Shown here: in pieces, positions 9,261-19,710 of the stretch
Position numbering within the stretch: the stretch's first letter is position 1
How the letters are laid out: each line of letters begins with the position of its first letter
Source of the DNA: Alphaproteobacteria bacterium
GTDB lineage: Bacteria > Pseudomonadota > Alphaproteobacteria > Rhodobacterales > Rhodobacteraceae
Length of the DNA stretch: 64,000 nucleotides
Assembly (NCBI GenBank): GCA_046569765.1
Contig: JBKHWC010000008.1
Coordinates: forward strand, 4,280 to 68,279
Reading direction: 5' to 3'
Notes under the pieces: model-generated
The model's database searches: none
Told to the model about the DNA's origin: nothing
Seen by the model: only the letters and a program-made list of their open reading frames with translations
Made by a program: the position numbers and the translations under genes

Positions 9261-10868
9261 ATGCAGGACTGGTGGCGAGGTGCGGTGACCTATCAGGTCT
9301 ATCCCCGGTCCTTCCAGGACACGAATGGCGACGGGGTGGGCGACCTGCCCGGCATCACCCGGCGGCTCGGCCATCTTGCCGACCTCGGCGTCGACGCGGT
9401 CTGGCTCTCCCCCTTCTTCCGCAGCCCGATGAAGGACATGGGTTACGACGTCTCGGACTATCAGGACGTCGACCCGGTCTTCGGAACCCTCGCCGATTTC
9501 GACGCCCTTGTCGCCCGGGCGCATGAGCTGGGCCTCAAGGTCATCATCGACCAGGTCCTCAGCCACACCTCGGACCAGCACCCGTTCTTCGCCGAAAGCC
9601 GCCGCGACCGGCTGAACCCGAAGGCCGACTGGTACGTCTGGGCCGACGCCCGCCATGACGGCGCCCCGCCCTCGAACTGGCTTTCCGTCTTCGGCGGCAC
9701 CGCCTGGACCTGGGACGCGCGGCGCAAGCAGTACTACCTGCACAACTTCCTCGCCTCGCAGCCCGACCTCAACTACCACAACCCCGAGGTCCAGGACTGG
9801 GCGCTTTCCACCCTCCGCTTCTGGCTGGACCGCGGCGTCGACGGCTTCCGCTTCGACACGGTCAACTACTTCTTCCACGACGCCAAGTTCCGCGACAACC
9901 CCTCGGACTACCGCATCAAGCGCGAGGTCGAGGCCAACCCCTACGGGATGCAGTACCACCTTTTCGACAAGAACCAGCCCGAGACACTGGCCTGGCTGGA
10001 ACGCATCCGCAGCCTTCTGGACGAATACGGCGCGACCAGCGTGGGCGAGATGGGCGAAAGCCACCACGCCATCCGCATGATGGGCGAGTACACCGCCCCC
10101 GGCCGCCTGCACCAGTGCTACAGCTTCGAGCTGATGGGCTATGACTACTCCCCCGCCTTCTTCCGCGCCAAGCTGGGAGAGTTCTTCCAGGGCGGCGGCG
10201 GCTGGCCGATGTGGGCCTTTTCCAACCACGACGTGCCCCGCCACGTCACCCGTTGGGCGCAGCACGGCGACACGGCGGAGTGCCTGGCGAAACAGGCGGG
10301 TTCGCTGCTTCTCGCCTTCGAGGGCTCGATCTGCCTTTGGCAGGGTGAGGAGCTGGGCCAGACCGACACGCCTTTGGAGTTCGAGGAACTGACCGACCCG
10401 CAAGGCATCGCCTTCTGGCCCGAGCCGGTCGGCCGCGACAACACCCGCACGCCGATGGTCTGGGACGCCTCAGCCAATGGCGGCTTCACCACCGGCAAGC
10501 CCTGGCTTCCGGTCAAACCCGAACAGGCCGCGCGGCACGTCGCAGGGCAAGAGGGCACGCCCGGCTCGGTCCTCGAACACTACCGCGCGATGCTCGCCTT
10601 CCGCCGCGCCACCCCTGCCCTGCGCACCGGGCACACCCGGTTCCTTGACCTGCACGACCCGATCCTCGGCTTCCTGCGCGGAGAAGGCGAAGACGCACGC
10701 CTCTGCCTGTTCAACCTCTCGCCCGTGGCCCTGTCGGTCGCGCTGCACGGGGCCGGGACGCTGGACCCGGTCTCGTTCAACACCGTGCAGGACGGCGACC
10801 GCCTGACCCTTGGCCCCAATGCCGCCGCCTTCCTGACCGTGACCGGAGAGATCGCGATCCGCGACTAG
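9261..10868 (+). CDS. aglA: GH13 alpha-glucosidase (oligo-1,6-glucosidase type)
   Basis: WWRGAVTYQVYPRSFQD, GVDGFRFDTVN (nucleophile Asp), VGEMGE and FSNHD motifs. ATG at 9261 follows GGAGG. Confidence 0.9.
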   Translation: MQDWWRGAVTYQVYPRSFQDTNGDGVGDLPGITRRLGHLADLGVDAVWLSPFFRSPMKDMGYDVSDYQDVDPVFGTLADFDALVARAHELGLKVIIDQVLSHTSDQHPFFAESRRDRLNPKADWYVWADARHDGAPPSNWLSVFGGTAWTWDARRKQYYLHNFLASQPDLNYHNPEVQDWALSTLRFWLDRGVDGFRFDTVNYFFHDAKFRDNPSDYRIKREVEANPYGMQYHLFDKNQPETLAWLERIRSLLDEYGATSVGEMGESHHAIRMMGEYTAPGRLHQCYSFELMGYDYSPAFFRAKLGEFFQGGGGWPMWAFSNHDVPRHVTRWAQHGDTAECLAKQAGSLLLAFEGSICLWQGEELGQTDTPLEFEELTDPQGIAFWPEPVGRDNTRTPMVWDASANGGFTTGKPWLPVKPEQAARHVAGQEGTPGSVLEHYRAMLAFRRATPALRTGHTRFLDLHDPILGFLRGEGEDARLCLFNLSPVALSVALHGAGTLDPVSFNTVQDGDRLTLGPNAAAFLTVTGEIAIRD

Positions 10869-11863
10869 TCGTAGCTCAGCTTCGTGGCCTTGCCGCGGAA
10901 AATGACATAGGCCAGCACGGTATAGCCCAGGATCATCGGCAGCACGACCAGCGTGCCGACCAGGATGATCGCCAGGCTTTCCGGCGCGGCGGCGGCCTCG
11001 CGGATCGTCAGCTGCTCGGGCACGATATAGGGATAGAAGCTGTAGGCCATCCCGAAGAAGCCCAGCACCATCAACACCACCGCGCCGACGAAGGGGAACC
11101 AGGCGAAACTGTCGTTCGCCGTGGGCAGCCGCCGCAGCGCCAGCCACAAGAGCGCGACCAGCAGCGCCGACATCAGCGGCAAGGGCGCCAAGGTCACGAT
11201 CTCGGGGAATCGGAACCACTTGTCGAAGATCCGGGCGCTGACCAGCGGAGTGGCGATCGACACCGCCCCCATTCCCAGAACCACACCCCAGATCCCGCCC
11301 TTGGCCCAGCCGACAGCCTTCTTCTGCAGCGCGCCATCCGTCTTCAGGATCACCCAACCCGCGCCGATGAAACTGTAGGCCACCGCCAGCGCCCCCGCTG
11401 TCAGGGCCGAGAAAGCAACCGTCGCCCAGCTCCAGCCCAGGCCCATGATATACATGCCCAGCATGAAGCCCTGCGCCAGCGCGGTCATCAGGCTGCCCGC
11501 CCAGAAAGCCACGTCCCAGGGCCGCTTGTGCCCCAGCGGAGCCTTGGCGCGGAACTCGAAGGCCACCCCGCGCAGGATGAGGCCGATCAGCATCACCGCG
11601 ACCGGCAGGTACAGCGCGGTCAGGATATCGCCATGCGCTGTCGGAAAGGCGACCAGCAGGATGCCGATCGCCAGCACCAGCCAGGTCTCGTTCGCATCCC
11701 AGAACGGCCCGATCGAGGCGATCATCCGGTCGCGCTCCGCCTCCTCAGCGAAGGGGAACAACAGGCCGACGCCCAGGTCGAAACCGTCAAGGACGACATA
11801 AAGCAGGATCGACACGCCAAGCAGCGCGGCAAAGATCAGCGGCAGGACTTCGGGATCGAACAT
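10865..11863 (-). CDS. cydB: Cytochrome bd-type quinol oxidase subunit II
   Basis: 332-aa polytopic protein immediately downstream of cydA. N-terminus is typical for CydB (LPLIFAALLGVSILLYVVLDGFDLGVG). Confidence 0.9.
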   Translation of the reverse strand: MFDPEVLPLIFAALLGVSILLYVVLDGFDLGVGLLFPFAEEAERDRMIASIGPFWDANETWLVLAIGILLVAFPTAHGDILTALYLPVAVMLIGLILRGVAFEFRAKAPLGHKRPWDVAFWAGSLMTALAQGFMLGMYIMGLGWSWATVAFSALTAGALAVAYSFIGAGWVILKTDGALQKKAVGWAKGGIWGVVLGMGAVSIATPLVSARIFDKWFRFPEIVTLAPLPLMSALLVALLWLALRRLPTANDSFAWFPFVGAVVLMVLGFFGMAYSFYPYIVPEQLTIREAAAAPESLAIILVGTLVVLPMILGYTVLAYVIFRGKATKLSYD

Positions 11864-11867
11864 CGCG

Positions 11868-13226
11868 TTACTCCGCCGGCTGAAGGACAGGCGCGCTCAG
11901 CGGCGCGCTGATGCGCCCGCCCTTCCGCGCCAGGTGGAACAGGACGCCGACATAGGCGGCCAGCAGCGCAAGGTAGACCGCCAGATAGGCGATCAGCGTG
12001 GTCAGGACCATGCCGCCCGCGATGTCACCGACCGCCTCCTCCACCGTCAGCACGCCCTGGACCAGCCAGGGCTGGCGGCCGATCTCGGTCGTGTACCACC
12101 CGGCCAGCGTGGCGCCCCAGCCGGCAAAGGTCATGCCCGTCAGGCCCCAGAGATAGGGCCGCGGCAGATCCTCGGCCCCGCGCCGCCACATGAGGTATGC
12201 CCCCGCCCAACTGGCGACCAGCATCAGCATCCCGATCCCCACCATGATGCGGAAGGACCAGAACACCGCCGCGACCGGGGGATGGGTCACCGTCCCGTCC
12301 TCGGCGACAAAGTCGTTGAGCCCCGGCACCTCGCCCGCGGGGTCGTGCTTCAGGATGATCGAGGCCAGCGATGGGATGCCGACCTCATAGTGATTGGTCC
12401 GCGCTTCCTCGTCCGGCAGGGCGAAGAGGAGGAGGGGCACGTTGCCCCGCATCTCCCAGTTCCCCTCCATCGCCGCGACCTTCTGCGGCTGGTGCTCCAG
12501 CGTGTTCAGCCCGTGCATGTCGCCCGCCAGGATCTGCACCGGGATCAGCAGCGCGCCCAGGATCACGCCAAAGCGCAGGCCGGTCGCCACCTCGGGCGCG
12601 CGGTCGCCCCGCAGCCAGCGCCAGGCGGACAGGCCTGCGATCAGGAAGGCGACGGTCAGCCCGCTGGCCAGCAGCATATGGGCAAGACGGTAGGGCATCG
12701 AGGGGTTGAAGATGATCGCCCACCAGTCGGCCGCATGGACCACCCCGTCGCGCAGCTCATGGCCCGCCGGGGTGTGCATCCAGCTGTTCAGGACCAGGAT
12801 CCAGAACGCGCTCATCGTGGTGCCGAAGGCGACAAGGAAGGTCGCGAGTGTGTGCAGCCACCCCGGCACACGGCTTGCGCCGAACAGCATGATGCCCAGA
12901 AAGACGGCCTCCAGGAAGAAGGCGGTCAGGACCTCATAGGCCAGCAGCGGACCGGCCACGTTGCCCACGGCCTTCATGAAACCCGGCCAGTTGGTGCCGA
13001 ACTGGAAGGACATGGTGATGCCCGAGACGACCCCCAGCGCGAAGGACAGAGCGAAGACCTTCACCCAGAACAGGTAAAGGTCCATCCACTTGCGGTCACC
13101 CGTGCGGGTGAAGCGCAGCTTGAAGAACAGCAGCGCCCAGCCCAGCGCGATGGTGATGGTAGGGAACAGGATGTGGAAAGAGATATTCGCGGCGAACTGA
13201 ATGCGCGACAGCAGAAGGGTGTCCAT
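11868..13226 (-). CDS. cydA: Cytochrome bd-type quinol oxidase subunit I, short Q-loop (CIO/Qxt-like)
   Basis: MDTLLLSRIQFAANISFHILFPTITIALG N-terminus with the heme-ligand His. Its 452 aa is shorter than the long-Q-loop bd-I type. Confidence 0.9.
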   Translation of the reverse strand: MDTLLLSRIQFAANISFHILFPTITIALGWALLFFKLRFTRTGDRKWMDLYLFWVKVFALSFALGVVSGITMSFQFGTNWPGFMKAVGNVAGPLLAYEVLTAFFLEAVFLGIMLFGASRVPGWLHTLATFLVAFGTTMSAFWILVLNSWMHTPAGHELRDGVVHAADWWAIIFNPSMPYRLAHMLLASGLTVAFLIAGLSAWRWLRGDRAPEVATGLRFGVILGALLIPVQILAGDMHGLNTLEHQPQKVAAMEGNWEMRGNVPLLLFALPDEEARTNHYEVGIPSLASIILKHDPAGEVPGLNDFVAEDGTVTHPPVAAVFWSFRIMVGIGMLMLVASWAGAYLMWRRGAEDLPRPYLWGLTGMTFAGWGATLAGWYTTEIGRQPWLVQGVLTVEEAVGDIAGGMVLTTLIAYLAVYLALLAAYVGVLFHLARKGGRISAPLSAPVLQPAE

Positions 13227-13327
13227 GATCCGCTCCGTTGGATTGAAGCAGAGGTAGGAGCTTGCGGCCGCGGTGGGAGGGGGATGCGACGGCCTGACCT
13301 ATGCGACAGCCTGTCCCAGGCGGGTGG

Positions 13328-13354
13328 GTAGGGTGGGGTTGAACCCCACCCTAC
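13328..13354 (-). terminator. Perfect 11-bp-stem hairpin overlapping the beta-galactosidase stop codon (no U tract)
   Basis: gtagggtgggg-ttgaa-ccccaccctac. The TAG stop (13351-13353) sits inside the right arm. Confidence 0.35.
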
Positions 13355-15249
13355 TTTGCCACCCAGTGCACTCCGGCCGGGGGGATGGTGACCCCGCCCC
13401 ATTCCGCCGGGACCGGGTTGTAGTTGAACAGGAAGCGATGTGTTGCCGTATCCCGCCGACGCAAGCCCTCGGGCAGCGTGTCGCACTCGATCCCTTCCGA
13501 CGCACAGGCGCGCTGCAGGATCCGTGCCAGCGCCACCTCGTCCGGCCAGCCGCCCAGGTAGTGCAGCTTCCCCGCCGCGACCAGCGCGGGCCAGCCGTCC
13601 TCGGCCACCTCGACCACTTCGGCCCCGCCCTCCAGCTTTTCGCGCCAGTTGACCAGCGCCCCACCCTGGGCAAGGGGCACCGGCACATCGGGCGGCAGGC
13701 TCTCCACCCGCGCCACGACCGCCTCCAGCCCCGGCAGCGCCGGAGGCAGCGGCACCGGGATCGCGAAATCGGCCGTTCGCGAATTCGTCCGCGGCCCCAG
13801 GATCGCCGTCCCCCCGAACCCCGCCAGCGCCGCCTTCAACGGCGCGCCCAGGGTGAACAGCCCAGGCGCCAGCACCAGCTTGTAGCCCGACAGGTCCGCC
13901 GTATCCGGCGGGATGATATCCACATTCAGCCCCAGCCGCCGCAGGCCCTTGTAGACATGGAACACCAGCCAGAAATAGCTGAAGCTGCGTCCCTGGGGCT
14001 GGATGGTCCAGGCCCAGTCCGAGGCATAGTCGAACACCAGCGCCACATCCGCCGCAGCCGTCCCCGCCTCGTCCGGCATCAGCGCCAGCTCCCGCGCCAC
14101 CTGCTCGGCCTCGCCGAAGGCCTGCGCCGGGGCGCTGTCGGGGCGCAACAGGCCAGCATGCATCTGCTCCTGAGCAAACGGGGCCTGCCGCCAGCGGAAA
14201 TAGCACACCGCCTCGGCCCCATGCGCAAAGGCCTCCCAGGCCCAAAGCCGCGCCATCCCCGGCAGGGGATCGGGGTTGTAGGGCGCCCAGTTCACCGGAC
14301 CCGGCTGCTGCTCCATGATCCACCAGCGACCCCGGCCGACGGAGCGGTAAAGGTCATGGTGGAAGGCCTGGAAATCCGGGTCGCCCTGCCGCACGAAGCG
14401 CCGCTTGTGGTCCGCATCCGCCGGAATCCGGTCCGACAGGAAGCCCAGCGGATAGCTGTCCCAACTGGCGATATCCAGATCCGCGCCCACCTTGTAATGG
14501 TCGAACTCGGTCACCGCGCCCATGTAGTTATGCGCGATCGGCGCAGGCGAGTGCCGCCGGATGATCTCCACCTGCAACCGGTTGAAACTCGCCACCTCGT
14601 CGCTGGCAAAGCGGCGGAAGTCCATCACATGGCTCGGGTTCGGCTCGGTTACCGTCAGGTTCGGCAAGCCGATCTCGCGGAAATCGCGATACTCCATCGA
14701 CCAGAACACATTGCCCCAAGCCCGGTTCAGCGCATCCGGCGACTGGTATTTCTGCGCCAGCCAATCCTGGAACGCCGCCCGCGCCGCGTCCGAGTAGCTG
14801 AGCACCGTCTCGTGGCAGGCGTATTCATTGTCGGTCTGCCAGGCCGCGACCAGCTTGCCATAGCGTTCCGCCATCAGCGTCACGATCTTCGCACACTCGC
14901 TGCGGTAGCCCCGGTGCGAGAAGCAATAATGCCGACGCGAGCCAAAGCCGCGTGGGCGACCGTCCTTGTCCACCGCCAGCACGTCGGGATGCCGGTCCAG
15001 CATCCAGCGCGGCGGGGTCGCGGTCGGCGTCCCCAGCACCACCTTCAGCCCCCGCGCGCCCAGCACCGCGATCGCCCGGTCGAGCCACGCCCAGTCGTAC
15101 CGGCCTGGCTCCGGCTCCATCCGGCTCCAGGCGAATTCGCCGATGCGGACCCAGGTCAGGCCCATACGCGCCATGCGGGCGGCATCCTCGGCCCATTTCT
15201 CTTCCGGCCAGTGTTCGGGATAGTAGCAGACGCCAAGCGTGCGTTTCAT
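13351..15249 (-). CDS. GH42 beta-galactosidase
   Basis: CYYPEHWPEEKW, GEFAWSRMEP, WQTDNEY (acid/base Glu) and WWIMEQQPG (nucleophile Glu). 632 aa. Confidence 0.9.
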   Translation of the reverse strand: MKRTLGVCYYPEHWPEEKWAEDAARMARMGLTWVRIGEFAWSRMEPEPGRYDWAWLDRAIAVLGARGLKVVLGTPTATPPRWMLDRHPDVLAVDKDGRPRGFGSRRHYCFSHRGYRSECAKIVTLMAERYGKLVAAWQTDNEYACHETVLSYSDAARAAFQDWLAQKYQSPDALNRAWGNVFWSMEYRDFREIGLPNLTVTEPNPSHVMDFRRFASDEVASFNRLQVEIIRRHSPAPIAHNYMGAVTEFDHYKVGADLDIASWDSYPLGFLSDRIPADADHKRRFVRQGDPDFQAFHHDLYRSVGRGRWWIMEQQPGPVNWAPYNPDPLPGMARLWAWEAFAHGAEAVCYFRWRQAPFAQEQMHAGLLRPDSAPAQAFGEAEQVARELALMPDEAGTAAADVALVFDYASDWAWTIQPQGRSFSYFWLVFHVYKGLRRLGLNVDIIPPDTADLSGYKLVLAPGLFTLGAPLKAALAGFGGTAILGPRTNSRTADFAIPVPLPPALPGLEAVVARVESLPPDVPVPLAQGGALVNWREKLEGGAEVVEVAEDGWPALVAAGKLHYLGGWPDEVALARILQRACASEGIECDTLPEGLRRRDTATHRFLFNYNPVPAEWGGVTIPPAGVHWVAK

Positions 15250-16082
15250 AGGATGACCTGAGGCTCGGGAAGGCCCTTCGCGACGCCCGCAAAGGCAAAG
15301 ACCTGGCCCGAGGCCGGATGCTTCGCCCGCGCCGCGGCGTCCATGTGTTCAAGGGCGGTGGTGACGTAAAGCGTGGTCAGCTCGGCCCCCCCGAAGGCGG
15401 GGCAGGAAGATTGCGGCGCGCCCGGCGTCTCGACGGTCTGCACCAGCGTCCCGTCCGGGGCATAGGCGGCCACCCGCCCCGCGCCCCATTGGGCGTTCCA
15501 GAACCGGCCCTCGGCGTCGATCACCGCGCCGTCGGGGTTCAGGCCCGCGTGCGCCAGATCCAGCCAGACCACGGGCTCGCCCACTGGCCAGCCCTGGGCG
15601 TCCAGCGCCACCTTGCAGACCTGGCCCGTGGCCGTGTCCGCGAAATGCGCCGCCCCACCATCCGGGGCAAAGCAGATCGCGTTCGGAATGGTCATACCCT
15701 TGAAAAGCTGGCGGATTTCGCCGCGATACCAGCGCCAGATCGCGCCTACGCCCTTCTCGGCCGACTTGCCCATCGTGCCGAACCAGAACCCGCCCTGCCG
15801 GTCGGCGCGGCCATCGTTCGACCGCGTCGCCGCCGTCCCGACCGCCGCGACGGGATGCTCGACCCCGGTCGTCAGGTCGAACCGGATCAGCCCGGTCTCG
15901 CTGGCAATCAGCAGGCTGTCGCGGTCGATCCAGCCCGCGGCCGAGACGAACCCCGAAAAGCCCCAGGACAGCATTTGCGAATGAAGCGTCCGGTTCAGGA
16001 TATCGAACCAGAACAGTTGTTCACGAACGGGATGCCAGAGCGGGCCTTCTCCCAGCTCGCAGGCTCGGTCGTCGTAGATCAT
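15246..16082 (-). CDS. SMP-30/gluconolactonase/LRE family lactonase (probable galactonolactonase)
   Basis: [10 protein letters not shown] motif. 4-nt start/stop overlaps with both neighbours. The substrate is inferred from operon context. Confidence 0.8.
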   Translation of the reverse strand: MIYDDRACELGEGPLWHPVREQLFWFDILNRTLHSQMLSWGFSGFVSAAGWIDRDSLLIASETGLIRFDLTTGVEHPVAAVGTAATRSNDGRADRQGGFWFGTMGKSAEKGVGAIWRWYRGEIRQLFKGMTIPNAICFAPDGGAAHFADTATGQVCKVALDAQGWPVGEPVVWLDLAHAGLNPDGAVIDAEGRFWNAQWGAGRVAAYAPDGTLVQTVETPGAPQSSCPAFGGAELTTLYVTTALEHMDAAARAKHPASGQVFAFAGVAKGLPEPQVIL

Positions 16083-16684
16083 GCGAATACCCTGTCATGG
16101 GCCGCGACGATCCTGGTCGCGCGGGCGTGGATGTCCTCGACCGACAACCCGGGAGTGTAAAGCGCGGTTCCGATGCCGAACCCGCTGGCCCCAGCCTTGG
16201 CCCAGTCGGCGAAATTGTCCGGCCCGGCGCCGCCCACGGCATAGACCGGCAGGTCCTTGGGCAGGACGGCGCGGATCGCCTTCAACCCCTCGGGCCCGAT
16301 CAGGCTGCCAGGAAACAGCTTCAGCCCCGTGGCCCCTGCCTTGATCGCCGCGAAACATTCGGTCGGCGTCATCACCCCCGGCCACGAGGCCATGCCCGCC
16401 GCGCGCGTGGCCCGGATCACCTCCGGGTCGCAATTGGGCGAGACAACCAACGTGCCGCCTGCGGCCTTCACCTCGCCCACCTCCTCCACCGTCAGCACCG
16501 TGCCGGCGCCGATCTCGGCCCCCGGCACGGCGGCCACCATCGCGGCGATCGAGGCAAAGGGGTCCGGCGAATTCAGCGGCACCTCGATCCGGGTGATTCC
16601 GGCCGCGACCAGCACCTCGGCGGCAGCGGCGGCCTCGGGCGGGGTGATCCCGCGCAGGATGGCGATCAGGTTGCGGTGGGTCAT
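16079..16684 (-). CDS. dgoA: 2-dehydro-3-deoxy-6-phosphogalactonate aldolase
   Basis: [17 protein letters not shown] and GLKLFPG (Schiff-base Lys) motifs. ATG at 16684 lies inside the longer track ORF. Confidence 0.85.
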   Translation of the reverse strand: MTHRNLIAILRGITPPEAAAAAEVLVAAGITRIEVPLNSPDPFASIAAMVAAVPGAEIGAGTVLTVEEVGEVKAAGGTLVVSPNCDPEVIRATRAAGMASWPGVMTPTECFAAIKAGATGLKLFPGSLIGPEGLKAIRAVLPKDLPVYAVGGAGPDNFADWAKAGASGFGIGTALYTPGLSVEDIHARATRIVAAHDRVFA

Positions 16685-17586
16685 CTTGCACCCTCGGTCA
16701 TGGGGGAAAGCGAGGCGAGGCCCGCCAATGTGCAGTCGGTGGCGTTCAGCCGCTGCGCCTCCACCCCCTGCGCTGCCAAGGCACGGGCATAGGCCGCCGA
16801 CAGTTTCTCGGCCCCGACCAGCGTGACGCGCTGGCCCAGCCAATAGGGCCTTGCGGCCGCCAGTTCCGTGCCGATCAGCAGCCCCGACAAGCGCGCCCGC
16901 GCCTCCTGCGGCGAGAGCCCCGCGATCAGCCCCTCGGCACGCAGCGAAAACAGCCGTGCACCAAGGCGTTCCGGCCGCGACAGCGCATCCGAAACCCCCG
17001 CATCGAACGCCGCCTCGTCCCAGCCGCCACCCTGCATCCCGTGCCGCAGCACGGACGCCTCGGACAAAAGCGCGAACATCTCGCCGGTCATGAAGGTCTG
17101 GAAGCTGACCACCTCGCCCGCGCTGATGTGCACCCATTTCGAATGGGTCCCCGGCAGGCACAGCACCCCGTCATAGCCCGGCATCAGCCGCAAGGCGCCC
17201 GCGATCTGCGTCTCTTCGCCCCGCATCACATCCGCCGGAGACGCCTGCTTCAACCCCGGCGCAATCGCCACCTGCAAGCGCGGGTCGGTCGCCGGAGCCA
17301 TGACCTGCGCCGCCCGGTCCAGCGGAGTGCACGGCACCGTCCGATACGGCGCCTCGCACCAGCCCTGTCGGCTGCCGACCATGCCGCAGGCCACCACCGG
17401 AGGCTTCCCGGCCAGCCAGGGCCCGATCAGCCGCAGCAGCGCAGGCTCGAACCCCTCGCGCGACAGCTTGCCCATGCCGTCCTCGGACTGGGCCTCGGCC
17501 AGCACCGTGCCATCCGCCGCCATCGCCCAGGCGCGCAGGTTCGAGGTGCCCCAGTCGACAGCGATCCAGGCGGGTTCCACGCTCAT
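16681..17586 (-). CDS. dgoK: 2-dehydro-3-deoxygalactonokinase
   Basis: [14 protein letters not shown]-terminal motif. 301 aa from the ATG at 17586. Overlaps dgoA by 4 nt. Confidence 0.85.
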   Translation of the reverse strand: MSVEPAWIAVDWGTSNLRAWAMAADGTVLAEAQSEDGMGKLSREGFEPALLRLIGPWLAGKPPVVACGMVGSRQGWCEAPYRTVPCTPLDRAAQVMAPATDPRLQVAIAPGLKQASPADVMRGEETQIAGALRLMPGYDGVLCLPGTHSKWVHISAGEVVSFQTFMTGEMFALLSEASVLRHGMQGGGWDEAAFDAGVSDALSRPERLGARLFSLRAEGLIAGLSPQEARARLSGLLIGTELAAARPYWLGQRVTLVGAEKLSAAYARALAAQGVEAQRLNATDCTLAGLASLSPMTEGAR

Positions 17587-18344
17587 GCCGAAATATACCC
17601 CCCGTCCAGGATCAGCGTCTGCGAGGTCATCATCCGCGACGCCTCCGAGGCCAGGAACAGCACCGTCCCCGCCACATCCTCGGGCTGGATCGGCTCGGGG
17701 ATGCACTGCCGCGCCAGATGGGCGGCCAGGCTTTCCGGGGTGACCCACATCTCCTTCTGCCGCTCGGTCAGTACCCAGCCGGGGGCGACCGCGTTCACCC
17801 GGATCCGGTCCGGCCCGAACTCCCGCGCGAGCGTCCGGGTCAGGCCCACGATCCCCGCATTGGCCGTGATGTAGGCGGCATAGCCCGTGTCGGCCATCAT
17901 GAAGCTGATCGAGCTGAAATTGACGATCGACCCGCCGCCCGCCGCCTTCATCCCCGGCAGCACCGCCTGGCAGGCGAAGAAATACGACCGCAGGTTCACC
18001 GCCATCGACCAGTCCCAGAAGGCGGGGTCGGTCGCCAGCGTCTCATGCCGCTGGTCGTTCGCGGCATTGTTCACCAGCACCGTGATCGGCCCGTGCGCCC
18101 TGGCCGCCTCGGCCAACACCGCCCGCAACTCCTCCACCACCGAGATATCGCAGCGCAGGAACAGCGGCCGGTTCCCCGTCGCCGCCTCCATCGCGTCGCA
18201 GAAGGCCGTGGCATCGGACCTTTGGCAGAAGGCCACCTTCGCCCCCTGTCGCAGGAATCCTTCCGTCAGCGCCGCCCCGATGCCCGAACCGCCGCCGGTG
18301 ATGAACACCGACCGGCCCTTAAGATCGTCGAATGTCACAGCCAT
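17583..18344 (-). CDS. Classical SDR oxidoreductase (galactose 1-dehydrogenase-like by context) with an atypical YxxxN active-site motif
   Basis: ITGGGSGIGAA cofactor motif and NNAA. Ser145 and Tyr158 are present, but the expected Lys162 codon is AAT (Asn). Confidence 0.85.
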   Translation of the reverse strand: MAVTFDDLKGRSVFITGGGSGIGAALTEGFLRQGAKVAFCQRSDATAFCDAMEAATGNRPLFLRCDISVVEELRAVLAEAARAHGPITVLVNNAANDQRHETLATDPAFWDWSMAVNLRSYFFACQAVLPGMKAAGGGSIVNFSSISFMMADTGYAAYITANAGIVGLTRTLAREFGPDRIRVNAVAPGWVLTERQKEMWVTPESLAAHLARQCIPEPIQPEDVAGTVLFLASEASRMMTSQTLILDGGYISA

Positions 18345-18354
18345 TTTCTGCCCT

Positions 18355-19710
18355 TCACGCTGCCTTGCGCGATCTTAGCCAGGCCGGCATCCAGTCGCCA
18401 TGCGCGGCGATCAGGTCGTCGACCAGCGCCCGGATCTGCCGCAGGTCCAGCTCGGCCGCGGTATGCGGGTCCAGCATCGCCGCATGATACACATGCTCGC
18501 GGTTCTCCTCCATCAGCGCGGCCACCGTCAGCTCCTGCACGTTCACATTGGTCCGCATCAGGGCGACCAGTTGCGGCGGGATGTCATTGACCGTCGTCGG
18601 CTGCAACCCGTTCGCGTCGACCAGCACCGGCACCTCGACCGCCGCCCCGGCCGGAAGCTGCGGGATATAGCCCCGGTTCGGCACGTTGCCGTAGATGACC
18701 GAAGGCGTGCCGGTCACCACCGAGTTCATGATCGTCGCCGCATATTCATGCGTGGGCTTCACCACGATCTTGTCCGCACGGCGATATTCCTCCGCCTGCG
18801 CCTCCCACCGCGCGATCTGCTCCTCGCAGCGGATCGGGTATTCGTCCAGCGGAATCCCGAAGGTCTCGATCAGGTCGGGGCGGTGGCTCTTGATGAACCA
18901 CGGGACGTATTCCGCGAAATGCTCGCTGCTTTCCGTCACGAAATAGCCAAGGTGAGTCATCACCTCGTAGCGCACCTTGTTCGGGCAGCGCGGGTTCCAG
19001 CTGCTGGGCTTCGGGATCGCGCCCTTGCGATAGCCCGCCTCAAGCGCCGGATAGAGGTCGCGGTAGGACCCGTCGGGGTTCCGCGCCTCGAAGTTCAGGT
19101 AGAAGGCCATGTGGTTGATGCCCGCCGCCCGGTAGCGCAGGTCGCTGACCGGAATGTCCAGGTCGCGGGCCAGTTCCTCGGCCGTGCCCTGGACCGAATG
19201 GCACAGGCCCACCTGCCGGATATCCGGGTACTTCGCCCCCAAGGCCCAGGTGTTGATCGCCATCGGGTTGACGTATTGCAGCATGATCGCATCGGGGCAG
19301 ACGGCGCGCATGTCCTCGGCCAGCTTCCACAGATGCGGCACGGTGCGCAGGCCGCGCATGATCCCGCCGATCCCCAAAGTATCCGCGATGGTCTGGCGCA
19401 GGCCCATGCGCTTCGGCACCTCGAAATCGGTCACCGTGCAGGGCTTGTAGCCGCCGATCTGGAAGGCGACGATCACGAAGTCAGCCCCCTCGATCGCCCG
19501 GCGCTGGTCCATGTGCGTCTCGACCGTGGCCGACACGCCAAGCGAGGCGATCATCTTCCGCGCCACCAGCTCGGAGTCCTCCAGCCGCTTCCGGTCAATG
19601 TCCATCAGGCTGATCCGCGCATCCGCCAGCGCCGGCATCGACAGCGCGTCGCCGATGAGGTTCTTCATGAAGACGGTCGATCCGGCCCCGATGAAGGCAA
19701 TCTTGGTCAT
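18355..19710 (-). CDS. melA: GH4 alpha-galactosidase
   Basis: MTKIAFIGAGSTVF NAD-binding N-terminus and GLCHSVQGT motif. 451 aa from the ATG at 19710. Confidence 0.85.
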   Translation of the reverse strand: MTKIAFIGAGSTVFMKNLIGDALSMPALADARISLMDIDRKRLEDSELVARKMIASLGVSATVETHMDQRRAIEGADFVIVAFQIGGYKPCTVTDFEVPKRMGLRQTIADTLGIGGIMRGLRTVPHLWKLAEDMRAVCPDAIMLQYVNPMAINTWALGAKYPDIRQVGLCHSVQGTAEELARDLDIPVSDLRYRAAGINHMAFYLNFEARNPDGSYRDLYPALEAGYRKGAIPKPSSWNPRCPNKVRYEVMTHLGYFVTESSEHFAEYVPWFIKSHRPDLIETFGIPLDEYPIRCEEQIARWEAQAEEYRRADKIVVKPTHEYAATIMNSVVTGTPSVIYGNVPNRGYIPQLPAGAAVEVPVLVDANGLQPTTVNDIPPQLVALMRTNVNVQELTVAALMEENREHVYHAAMLDPHTAAELDLRQIRALVDDLIAAHGDWMPAWLRSRKAA

